DNA of 64,000 bases from Klebsormidium nitens. Its lineage: Eukaryota; Plantae; Klebsormidiophyceae. The stretch covers positions 62,001-126,000 of the forward strand of contig DF237059.1 in assembly GCA_000708835.1 (NCBI GenBank), written 5' to 3'. Shown piece by piece: positions 52,242-64,000 of this stretch. A model generated the notes under the pieces. That model had not been told where the DNA came from. It saw nothing but the letters and a program-made list of their open reading frames with translations, and made no database searches. How positions within the stretch are numbered: the first letter of the stretch is position 1; the number at the start of each line of letters is the position of its first letter. Made by a program: the position numbers and the translations under genes.

Positions 52242-53351
52242 TGTTCCAAGTTCTTATCAGTCTGGCATCACTAGATGGGAGCCTGAGGGGTTTCCTCTGT
52301 TTTCTTGGGACTAAGATGCTGTAGAGCCCCTCAACTTGGACAATCTTAATCAACTCGCTAAGTATCCAAAGCCCCCACTAACAGCTCAGCTTTTCAGTGA
52401 CTTCTTACCAGCTTTCCTAAGTCAGCAGAGTCACTGGCAAGGCAACCTGCCAAGATAGGACACGGGTCACTCATAGCGTCGCGTTTCCTTTTCTCAGCGG
52501 CCCAGTTTCGGACACAAGCTGATAATGCACTAAACTTCTTGTTCCTTCCTTTGTCATCACTTTACCAGAGCTCTGGACACCATATGCAGACAATAATAAG
52601 CAGAGAAGAGCACAGAGTCAGAGTGCATCGCCAGATTGCGTGCGTTCATGGCTTTTCAGCAACTTACAAATGTGGAAGAAATCAAGATGGATCCCTAGCT
52701 TGGTGGGTAGGTACTACAAATGATCAGATCATGCCCGCAAGACAACATCAATGCTATTATTAATTTCTCCCCAGTGTGCTCAACTCGCTGTCCTTTGCTG
52801 ACAGTAAGAGTACATTCATTTTGCGTCTACTCAAAACAAGCGGTCAAGAAAAGATCAGAGTTCCGTCAGCATGCATCAAGAACTCGTTTGCTTACCTTTA
52901 CTTTGGGCTCTGCGGCATCCTTGCAAGCAATCTATCCGCCATTCAAGCGACAGCATGCAACAGCCCTGCAATCTTATTCTCTTCTCTATTGTTTTTGCCT
53001 GTCCTCCGTGCAGATTTTGAATGCAGGAGAAGGCGGGAAGTTGGAAGCTGCATTGCCTGGGTTTGCCTAATCAAGGTTTGCATTCAAACGTTGCAGCCAG
53101 GCTGGCATGTTTGCCGTAGGATGCGACTCTGGACCATCGGACGGACAAATGTGCATTGTACTCGTCCTTCTTGAGACTTGAGAGCCCTTCGATTGGACTG
53201 ATGTCACTCTGGTTAGACTAACCTCGTTGTTACTGGTCAGCATCTCAGGCTTCAGCACTTACTCCCACTTTTTCTTCCCTGATTTTTCTGCTCGAAAGTT
53301 ATCGAGCTTGTCTTTAATACGTTGTGGCGTGATCATTCATTTCCCTCCATC

Positions 53352-56300
53352 ATGGGGTCAGCAGAGCGCCTTGCTGCTCTGCGTTCTCTGCTTCAAGAAC
53401 ATGGACTTTCTGCGTACATTGTCCCCTCGGAAGATGCACATCAGGTGAGCTCAAAATTCGAATGCATGCAGCTTTTAGGGTTTGCATTTAGAGCTGCAAT
53501 GCAATGCGCATCCTTTACGACCAGCATTTCTGCTGCTTGCTTCCCATTGCCAGTGACAGCTCTCTGAAAGATGCACAAGCATACTTGAGGCTATCGTCTG
53601 CTGATTACTTCCTTGAAGTTTTTAGAGGGTTGGGGGCCAGCAGGAGGGAGTCTGTTTTCTTCCACCACCATGTGCAAAACTCTGAATTGCACTTGCACTT
53701 ATCATGACAAGATTATCCCAACTTGATCTTAAGGTCAGCACCATAACTTTGTGCAGAGCGAGTACACAGCAGAGCGCGACAAGCGGCGGGCATTCCTGAC
53801 TGGATTCACAGGCTCAGCAGGTACTGCTAGGTCTGAGTTCTTCCAACATCCAAAACTGATGCGGTCCGGTAGTCATGTGGCTTACCTGCATACTGGATTA
53901 CTAGGATGGCGGTGGTGCATGCCTGACATTGAATTGACATCGCATCAGCATCCCATTCTCTTTGCTGCAATGTGCAATGCTGGATACGTGCACTTCAGGC
54001 TGCAAGAAAGTTGCATCTAGCGTGAGTTGGGGCACTCGACCAAGAATTGCACAAATTGACATTTCTGAGTCCACTCACAAGATTGTGCGCTGGGCCTTTC
54101 TGTATTTGTGTCTACTTTATAGATGTTGAACTTCTTAAGTTGACTTCAAATGGAATGTGAGGATTGCAAAAATGACTTCCAGAATTTAAGAAGCAGATTC
54201 TGTTTGACTGAAAGGACACAAGGCCCCGCAACAATCATAGGTTTACTGCTTGTAACCTGGTGACTACTTCAACTGTTGTAAACCCTGACTGCTGCAGGCA
54301 TCGCAGTGGTGACACAAGCTCATGCCCTTCTCTGGACGGACGGCCGCTATCATCTGCAGGCCCGCCAGCAATTGCAGGGCGAATGGAAGCTGATGAAATT
54401 AGGCGAAGACGCCTCTCCCGAGGACTGGGTTGCCAAGGTACGCAACTTTGAAGCGGGCACCAGGGGTCAGATGCACAATTTACTGCGGCAGGAGATCAGA
54501 GAGATTGCGACGTTAGAGGCCTATGTTGTGTTAGACAGGTGCCTTTGTGATACCGTTCAAGAAATGCATGGCTATCCAAGTGTCTTCCCTACATCCAGTC
54601 GACACAAGAATCGATTTCAACAATCAAGTATTTGCCACAACGGTGATCGCAGACTGTTCTTTGGACAGAGCCATGACAGTCCACACAGTCCAGCTGAGCA
54701 TAAATTATTAATAAACTTCTCACGCTTTTCCTATCTCCCTGCGCAGGAGTCTGGCCTCCCCTCTGGAGCAAACGTCGGTGTGGACCCGACCACAGTGAGC
54801 CTTTCATCGCTGAAGCTGTGGGAAAAGCGCCTGGAGGAAGCTCATCTTGCTGTAAAACGGCTCGAGCAGAACCTGGTGGATATACTCTGGAAGGACCGAC
54901 CGTCTCCCCCAAAAACCTCCACTCGTATTCAGCCAGAATCGCTCGCAGGGCGACCGGTTTCCAAGAAGCTGAAGGAAGTGAGAGAGGCAATGGAGAAGGA
55001 GAAGGCGGGGGCTCTCGTGGTCACGGCTCTCGACGAGGTGAGTGTGACTGTTCGATTTATCATTAAAGAGTGAGCCAATTGTGGATCTGCAGTTTGGAAT
55101 TCAGGAGCGAGCCACCCTTTTACGTAAAGAGGTAGATTATCAAGATGATCGAGATTGCGGAAACATCAGATGCCTCTTGGATATCCATCCGAAAATTCTC
55201 CGTGAAACTTCGTCCACCTCCTCAGTCCTTAAAATGATGTCTTTGAAGACACACATTTGAAGTCCGAGTATGACCAGAGATCTCCCGTTTTCAAAAACTC
55301 ATCTCGAACTTCTCGAACTTCATCAGGAGGTTCAGGTCTGAAGCATTCACACGATGCAAAACGCACTCGAAGTCTTGAAAGGGAGACAGAGCAACAACTT
55401 GCGAATTTGAAAGGCGTTTTAGCTCACCACGTGCAGGTGGCTTGGCTGTACAACATCCGTGGAGAGGACGTTTTGTATAGGTAAGAGGCGATTCTTCGCT
55501 TGTAAAATGGGATTTAGAGGTTGCCAAAACGTACATCAGAGCCTCGACTGTTCTTAGCTTTTGAACCTTCGGGCGCACCTCCTCTCATGCTAAAATATAT
55601 CCACGCCGTTTTCGTCCTTCCTGAGTTCTTTACGAACGCGCTCCAACGCCCCTCCAACTCCACGATTTCCTCTCTATTTTCACGATGACGACTCGGCAAA
55701 CGAATCCTGCTTCTTCCGACTTTCTATCAGTTGCTGGAAACGTATGTGGTCCTTGTCGCCTGCTTTCCTGTCCAACTTACTTCCCGACCTTCTGCAGTCC
55801 GGTCGTGCACGCGTATGCGTTCGTCACCAAGTCGAGGGCCATTCTGTACGTCGACGCGGCCAAATTAACGGACGAAGTCGCTCGGCATCTGGAAGAGAAC
55901 GGCGTGACGGTGAAGCCTTACCACGGCCGGGCCATCCTCGATGACATCACCCTGTTTGGCTCCAGTGAGCGCTCTTATTCCTTCTTAGCCTCAGTGACTA
56001 TGTCTTATTAGCATGGTCTTGCAGGGCCGACTCGGTGGCTGCTGTACTTTGAGTTGCTTCAAAAATTCGATTAACTAGTGGGCCTAGATTAAACCGTTCG
56101 CCCGTGTCCTTGCGCAAAGCTCATCTTTCTTACGGTTTCCCAACATCTGCTCGATGTCAACTTTCTCAGGAACAGAAAGCCCTCTGCTTCAATAGGATGA
56201 ATCCCGCAGATGACAGACGTGCCTCCCGTGAACGAATTCCGTGTGCTTTCTGCTGTCCTGAACGGACAAAACTTGCAAATGTCGGTTATGGCTCGAAACG

Positions 56301-59300
56301 TGAGCACATTCCGGACTCCTCAATTCTCCTAAGCGTCAACTCGATCATTTTCGTTTATGCTGACACAGGCGCTGAAGGCAAGATGTGGCTGGACCCGGCA
56401 TCGGCGAACGCCGCTATTGGGAAGGTTTTGCCGGAGGGCGAGTTGATTGAGAAGGCCTCCCCGCTCGCGCTGGCAAAGGCGGTGAAGGTACGGAGCTTTT
56501 TGTCGCCAGCCAACGCTCCTATGGGCCCGCTTTACTGCCAACTCTAATCTTCTCCGCTTAATTCACTCGACAGCAAGAGTTTTCAACACGTTTTGAATCC
56601 TTCTTGTAGGTTGGCGCTTGCTTTTCGGAAAGGGTGTGCCGTTGCAGAACATCCGATCCCTTTGTGCAAACAAGCAAAGCGGTGCTTGTCCGTGCCTTCT
56701 GCGATGAAAACAACGAGCGCAACACGAGCACAGGACGGTATCTTTTACTGGGAGGTAGAGCATTACGGTGATATCTGACAGCGAAGCCCTCTCTTGCAGA
56801 ACCCAGTGGAGTTGGAAGGGTTGCGGGCGGCGCACGTTCGGGACGCGGTTGCCTTGGTCCAATTCATGGAGTGGCTCGACAACGAGGTGCGTATCGAATC
56901 TCGTTTGGCAGTCTGAGTCGATCACTGTCACGTGGCATTCACGTCCTGAATCAATCTCATATCTCCTCTCTTGAGTTCTATTCATGCTCAGAGTCCTTCA
57001 TGCGATTGCTGCGATCAGCTGCTGACGTCAGCGGGGTCCTGCTTTGCTGACATGTCTTGGTTGCTTCCTGAGTCCAGGTGCAGCAGCAGTTTGGGGTCAG
57101 TGGGTACTTCTCGTCGACGGGCCACACGAACAAGCGAAAACGAAAGTACGAACTCTACTTCGTAGTCCTACATCACATGCTCCTTTGAGGGGCGAGCCAG
57201 CTTCATGGGAACGTAAACTGCATCCAAGATGCTATTCCATGTTAAGATCCGCTGTTGACGTTTGCGGAATACCCTTCATGGAATCCTACGAGAAGTCGAA
57301 ACAGGGAATGCTTCGAGCAATTTACTCATCAACGGTGCCTCAAATTCTCCTCAATGCTTTGTCATTAACGTGCAGCGAAGAACACGGCCGGGTCCATCTG
57401 ACGGAAGTCACCCTAGCCGACAAGCTCGAAAGCTTCCGAGCACGACAGCAGGTGGGCTTACGTCAGCATCATTGTCCACATGCCTGGACAAGACAGGATC
57501 CTGAGTGAGTCGTCCTTCGAGTCAGGCATGGTCGTGCTTTAATAAGCAGAATGGAAGGAGTTTCAAGAGTGCCCGGAGCAATAGTCCGAGTTCCGCTGCA
57601 AAACGAGTTTCGCCTTTCAAGGCCGGCCCACTGAGCGCCACCAAGTCTCAAGCTGCGCTCCTCCTTTCACCATTACAACCTGAAGCGCATCATTGAACGA
57701 GTTAAGAAACCCTCTTCTGACCTTTCAAAACGTACGAGACTCGGAGGTGATTTCCTTTAGCTACACGACCTTAAAGACATCGTGCATTTCACTCAGTACT
57801 CCCCGATCTGGACTATTTTCTGAGGTCCAATGCGAAAGATAGTTTGCTCTCTATTCGGATGTCCTTACCGTTTGAGACGCCGTGCCTGTCTTTGTTGATT
57901 TCACACTCTGTAAATCATTTCTCCTCGAGACGATCTCTGACAGCAAATGAGCTCAGCCGTCCCTTTCTTCCTCCGGTGCAGCACTTCGTCGGCCTCAGCT
58001 TTCCCACCATCTCCTCTGTCGGGTCGAACGCCGCCGTCATCCACTACGGGCCGCAACGGGACACCTGCGCGGACTTCGACGCTGCCAAAATCTATCTCTG
58101 CGACTCGGGAGCTCAGGTATGCGTGCAATGCACAAGGCAGATCCGTCGCATTGGTGGTCCGCCAGGACGGTCCGCCCGTCTATTTCTTATGTTCGGTCAG
58201 GCAGATTGGGAGTTCCAGCTTTCGTGTGCAAAAAGACAATGTTTGAACGTAAAGACAGACGCGTGCTCAAGATGTTAGTGCGCCGTAGATGAGCACACTT
58301 GTTTTGCAAGGATCAGAAGTGGTACCAGTTGGAACCGACTCCCAATGTTTGCTTGCCTCGCAGCACTGCCAGTCGAAGAGGCAGCCTCAATGCCTCGACT
58401 GTAGAAACCCCAAACTCTCATTTGTCCGAGAACCCGACTTTCAGGAGAAGGTCTACACGCAAATCCAGGAAGCTGCTCTATAATGATTGCCATTTTTTCT
58501 GCCCCAAGAAACTTGTTTACTTCGATCGTCGACCTGACCACCGTTTGCACCCGCGCTTGGCAGTACCTGGACGGAACCACGGACGTCACCCGGACCTTCC
58601 ACTTCGGCACGCCGAGCGACCACGAGAAAGAGTGCTTCACACGGGTAAGTCCATCACACTTGTGAATGGTTTATCAAGGCAGTCATGACCAGCTAACGAG
58701 AAGTAGGGGAGGAAAGCAGCGTGCCAGCTAATCTTGCCGCTCACGGTTGGCACCATTCGTTGGGTTCAGCTCGTGCCACACGTCTCTCATTGCGATGTTT
58801 TGGGTCGGGAACGTGCTGTGGTGTTCTCTTCCGTCTGCTGTCTGGCGGGATTTCTTGCAGATTATCGGTTGTTTCTAGAAGGATGCAGAATCCGCCTCTC
58901 TTCGTAGGCATGCCAATCTCTTTCATTGTAGGTCAGTTCTCCAAAAGTCTTGCGCCTCCACAGCCATCCACGCTTGACGCAGACTCGTTGCCGCGCAGGT
59001 ACTGAAAGGTCACATTGGGCTAGACACGGTCATCTTTCCTAGCGGGACGACGGGTGAGAAACGGTCCCGCTGTTGCCAACAACCGTGTGAGCATTGCAAT
59101 GCAACGTTCTGGCCATTCCATTTGCACAAAGTCTGATCAATTCAAGAAGATTGAAGCCGCCTTATCGAGGTGCAGATTCCGGATGGCTTGCCTCACAAAC
59201 CGTCATGTGTGCGCAAGCATGCAATAGTTTGGTCCAGCCAACCTCAATCCTTTCGCTTCCGTTCCTGTTCCGTTCAGATTCCGTTCCGTTCCGTGCAGGG

Positions 59301-61332
59301 CACATGCTCGACGCCTTGGCCCGGCTTCCCCTTTGGCGCGCGGGTCTCGACTACCGTCACGGGACGGGGCATGGGGTCGGAAGCTTTCTTTTTGTCCATG
59401 AAGGTGCGCTCTTATTTACCACTCTGATTTGTCGATGCATACGAAATCCTGCAAAGCTGAAGTCCTGAAAGCCTTCGACGTCGACGTAACAGTCTGACAA
59501 GATAACATTCTTCTTTACGAAGCATGGTGTGAGTTGAGCACCAATCTAGACGCCTTTGTTTTGGTCACGGACGGAGCATTGCTTGGGTCGGCCTTATCGT
59601 ACATGAGAGAGACTCGCTCTGCAGATCGGCATGCAACAGGTTGCAGAAAGAGGGTCGCCCAAACTATTGATTTCAGTGGCCTTCTAATCGCTGCTTCTTC
59701 ATCCCTCTCTTCCGTCCTGCCAGTTTCAGAGAGGTTTTCTTCTTCACGGCAATCCTGCCACCCCTATCGACTGCGCTCTTATACTGAGAGCATTCTGCAG
59801 GTCCGCACTTGATCAGCTTCAAGCCGACGGCCAGCAACGCGGGGATCAAGGCCAACATGACAGTCACAAACGGTACGTCTGCTTTTAACTTGAATCTTCT
59901 CCTGCTAGCTTTTCTGTTTTGCGGGGGATTCCAGATGTGCAATCATAGTGGCTCCCAGGTGTCGCGAGCGAAGGGGCTCACTACACCTGCAGCTTCTTGT
60001 GACCACACTCAGCCCGTAAAAATCAGCTGAAATCATCACCAGATCTGCCAATCTAATTGTTCCATCGGCCTCTGTACCCAATCCAAAACAAAAGATGTTT
60101 CCAAGTCGTTTTGATTCATTTTTGGAAGATAGTTTGAGCTCCCACTTCGCGTCCAGAACTGGTGCTCTCTTCGCCGTTTGACACTGTCCGAGGAAGAGAT
60201 GCGAGGTGACGCTTCACTGCGTTGCTCTCGACCGGCTACTTTTAGCGGACGTCCATGAGTTTAGAACCTGTTTTTGACTCAAAATCTTTTCTTTGCAGAG
60301 CCTGGCTATTACGAGGATGGGGCATTCGGGTGCCGAATCGAAAACGTCCTGGTTGTCAAGGTAGGTTAACAGCCTTAGGACTATCGTCCCGCTCTTTGCA
60401 TGGCAACTTGCCAAGAATGAAAGGCTCTGACTGCTGATAGCTTTTAGAGGGACACTCTAATTCACTCGGATGGATAAGCTTCGTGCAGTCTGGTTTTGCA
60501 GTCGTGAAACCTGGTGGAAATGAGAGATGTATACGCATGAAGCTGGAAAGTCGGGCAGCAAAATCTGAGTAGTACGCAGATACGCACAGCTGGCATCCAC
60601 AAGTATGTCCGCACCCAATCCGCATCGACTGACCTCCGTCGAGCCGGATGTACTGCTATCAGGTCGATACCTCTGTGAGTGAGCACAAGGCTGGCAAAGG
60701 ACACGCTGATCTCACGAGATGAAATGCCGATTCTGAAGAGCTGACAGCGGTTGGCTGCGCATCTGCAGGAGGTGAAGCTCGCAAACAACTTCGCAAACAA
60801 GGGCTACCTTGGCTTCGAGCCAATCACTCTGGTAAGCCAACGCATGTCAAGCATTTGCACGGTCATAGCAGATGAATTTTCTCTCAGAAACGGATTTTAC
60901 TTTGAAAAGGGGGAGAGATTGTTTTTGTCGAGGGGGAAGCCCAACTTCTTAGGCAGCTCTGCAAATACTCAGAAATGAGGACGCAAACTTCGGCAGCTTA
61001 ATCAGCAGCTCGATCCTTCGAGTGCGGTGAAGTGCAAGCAATACTGTCGTAGCTTGTCATAAAGGCCTATGAAGGTGATACTTACTCCCAGATCAGGAGA
61101 TATGAAGGTATGGAACCAGGCAGTTGGAAAGTGCTGACGTGTCCTTGATGTCTCTGGCCTGCAGGTTCCCCTACAAGCGAAGCTTATCAACACGTCGCTG
61201 TTAACTGGGGAGGAGCTCGCTTGGGTTGACGCATATCACGCTGCCTGCCGAGAGAAGCTGTCGCCCCTGCTCACAGGGGCCACCCTCGATTGGCTCGTGG
61301 AAGCAACTGCACCCATCAGTCAAGCAGTTTGA
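53352..61332 (+). CDS. APP1: Xaa-Pro aminopeptidase (aminopeptidase P, M24B; APP1-like), many exons
   Basis: [14 protein letters not shown]...[11 protein letters not shown]|SEY...[63 protein letters not shown]|[29 protein letters not shown]|GP, TN|[16 protein letters not shown]; TGA at 61330-61332. All metal ligands are present. Confidence 0.96.
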
Positions 61333-62538
61333 TCCGTGACGTCCTGGCCGAATCTCGACTGAATGGTAAACCTTGTGTCCTCCGTTAAGGATACTTTCAA
61401 TCACGAGATCTGACTACCTTGCCCCCCTCTCATCGCATGCATCTGGTGAGTGTGTACGTCATCGACAAGTCAAAGCAGAAATAAAATGGATGCATTCATT
61501 CTGCCAGCGGCAATATCTACCATCCAGCTTGTCGAAACTGCTTCGTTAAAATCATCTCCCCATGGCGCATTGGAATGACATGGTGACTCTTCCCATGCAT
61601 GCATGTTGTACGGGGTCACAAAAGCTGACTGAAGGCTACGACTGACTAGATCGTGTACATGTAGACGCGTCAAACAGCAATCAAATGCAAGCATGCAGTC
61701 ATTTCGTAGCATATATGCTGAGTCTGCATGCTGAGTTCCTGCACATGCTTGACACAGGCAACGAGCATGCCTCAGATACATGAGATCGCGCCTTTAGCAG
61801 ACCTGTGCGCGGCCGTGGCCTGATCGTCATCGACTAGTCACTGTAGATTGCAGTCGATCATGCCATGAGACTCGCATGCAAGCCTGCATTTCGAATTATC
61901 AGCAGGCCTCAGCAGTGACCTGGCAGCCTGGCCTCGAAGCTAACCCTAGCCTGCCGCGCTCTCTCGGTAGATAAATCTAGATCACCTCATGGCGCACGTA
62001 GTGACTGCGAGGACATGATGAGCCGAAAGCAGAATGGACTTCAATCACTGTAAACACTGTAAACAGCCTGTCATGTGAACCATAATCAGCTTCTACTAAC
62101 GCTACAGGTATACAGGACCTGCCTGAATGTATGATGGTCATTCTTAAGGTGACAGCAAGCCTGTGATTCAAATCGTGGCTTTGCAATTCACAAAGAGATT
62201 GATCCTTGAAAAGAGCGAGGCTCATCTGTGCGCTCAAAGGGTCAAACCCATCACCTGTTCGTTTAAACATCATCCCTAAACGGTCTCACCATACGCAAGA
62301 ACCAGCAGAAGTACGAACTAGTTCAACGGCTGAACGGAATCAAAAGCGTCACAATGATTTTCAGGCAGAGTTCCAATATATAAGTGCTGACAATGTTTGT
62401 TCGAAAGAACGAGTTGTTCTTTATGCAGCCGGTTCTTTGTCAGTTTCTATAAATACTTGCTTTCGCTGGTTATTCTGCTTCTTTCAATCTCTCAACGCTC
62501 TGGCTCGTAGCTAGCGGCGCAATCTATCTGCTAGACTC

Positions 62539-64000
62539 TCAAGAAGCAGACACCCCTTGCAGTTGGAAAAAGTACGGTGCGTTGGCGTAGGTTGCTGTTC
62601 CAGCCCAGGCTCCTCCTTGCACACTGGATGCGTCCCAGATCGAAGCATACCTGAAATCCAAAAATTGTTGGCCTATTCAGCGACCGAACGAAGACTATGA
62701 AGTACCTCTGAAAAGAGATGTGGTAGGACTCACTTCTTCGCGGACTTATGATCTGGTATGAAGATCACACGGAGTACTGACGCGATGGCGAGACTGACAA
62801 CTAATTGGACAAAATCTCTTCGATCAACTTACAAGTAGCTAGGCTTGGTGGGGAATGGTGAGCTGCCGTCATTGTTCGCAGTGCGCATAAGCTTGCCGTC
62901 GATGAACCATCTGCAAAAGAGACTTCTGTGATTGAGTTGAGAATTTTGGGAGAACCAACAGAAGTGACGCATTTCAAGCGGGCAATCAAGCCGTTCTTTC
63001 TTTCGCTCATTTTGAGGGCGCAGGGGTAAGGAAACAAGCGTCCAGCGTGACAATTTCTCTATAAAAACCGTACATTCGACATTGTTTTCAAGAGGCGAAG
63101 GGCATGGCAGCACCTTTTTAATAGTTCGCTACTCCTTTATGGTACCACTTTTCGACGGACCACTTACTCGATGCTTGAGCTCGTCCACTGAATTGTGTAT
63201 TTGTGGAAGGCAGATCGGCAGTCAAAACCAAGGGAGATCAATTCCTCACGTCCGCCCTATAGTTCATCCCAAGAGAAGAAAACGTTTCGGCGATGGAGTC
63301 TCAGATGCGATCGAACAGGAAGAAATGCATTGCTCATCATGATCGACATGATCTATTTCAAACCAGAACTGTAATGTGCATGGAAGCTGTGGAAAGAGCC
63401 GGACTACCATATGATGGAATGGAAAGCTTATCTCTGAAAGTGTCCTTACCTGACCATTCACATAGTAGTTTGTCTGAACAGCCTGAGGATTCTTTCCGAG
63501 AAACTCAAAATCAATCTCGTCCTGTATGAAAAGGAGAAAGGATATTGCTGTTATTTGTGAGGTTCAGTAACAAGATATGAGAAAGCAGGCTCGATCAGAT
63601 ATCGACCAGTACAGATATGTGACAAATCCTGGCACGGAAACAAGAAACACCTTGGCTGCACTCCTGCGAGGTATCTTTCAAATCTTTCTGATGCGTGCAG
63701 AAAGATCAAATAGCGTATTGCTTGACGTTCTTTTCACCTGGTTGCCGCTTCCCTCGAGAGAGCTTGTGTAAAACGCAGGGACGAATCCACTAATGTCACC
63801 TGCAAATCATGCGGAAGTCAACGAGCTCAGATTTGAGACCTGGTTCCAAGACTAGGATATCTGTCCAAGGTTGAGAAAGGGGCGAAAGAATCTCAAAGAA
63901 GTGCGTCGAATGATCACTTTTGATCCGACAGGTTGAAGATGAGGTCAAAGGTCATCCGTGCTCACCAGCAGGACATTTGATGTAAGCCGAAAACGTGTCG
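62539..64000 (-). CDS. EG16: Second EG16 paralog (5' end beyond the window)
   Basis: Exons 63966-64000+, 63738-63799, 63450-63521 (DEIDFEFLGKNPQAVQTNYYVNGQ), 63168-63256, 62833-62910 and 62539-62650. Their sizes (62/72/89/78/112) are identical to those of the 33956-35973 gene. Confidence 0.93.

Noticed and set aside
57061-57145. Suspected frameshift in the APP exon
   Set aside because: Re-reading gives GTG CAG CAG CAG TTT GGG GTC AGT GGG TAC ([10 protein letters not shown]), in phase with both neighbouring exons.
61400-62100. CATG/TGCA (RY-like) rich intergenic tract; similar tracts near 16950-17260 and 36550-36990
   Set aside because: It lies 3' of convergent genes, enrichment cannot be established without counting against background, and there is no periodic structure.

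Overview
Eukaryotic, intron-rich nuclear DNA. Gene content (PSB33, plant-type ARP9, EG16, plastid OTC, ABC1K) points to a streptophyte green alga, and it looks Klebsormidium-like; the species call is inference. I could splice 11 protein genes by hand with consistent GT/GC-AG phases: ABC1K (3' part), a zf-MYND protein, ARP9, RPL36, ornithine carbamoyltransferase, an Aa_trans amino-acid transporter, PSB33/TEF5, two inverted EG16 paralogs with identical exon sizes, an AT-hook/coiled-coil protein, and aminopeptidase P. A twelfth is a ~860-aa, 10-exon tyrosine recombinase with a complete catalytic set and a possible organelle-targeting N-terminus. Other features are a 489-bp hAT-type MITE with a perfect 8-bp TSD and a 624-N gap that is probably false. 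The most striking unexplained structure is a recurring class of ~120-180 bp tandem duplications centred on splice junctions. At least 9 junctions in 4 genes carry degenerate 'decoy' copies of the splice site and exon edge inside the intron, up to 5 copies per junction, and they are densest in the recombinase gene. No rRNA, tRNA or CRISPR array was recognised.
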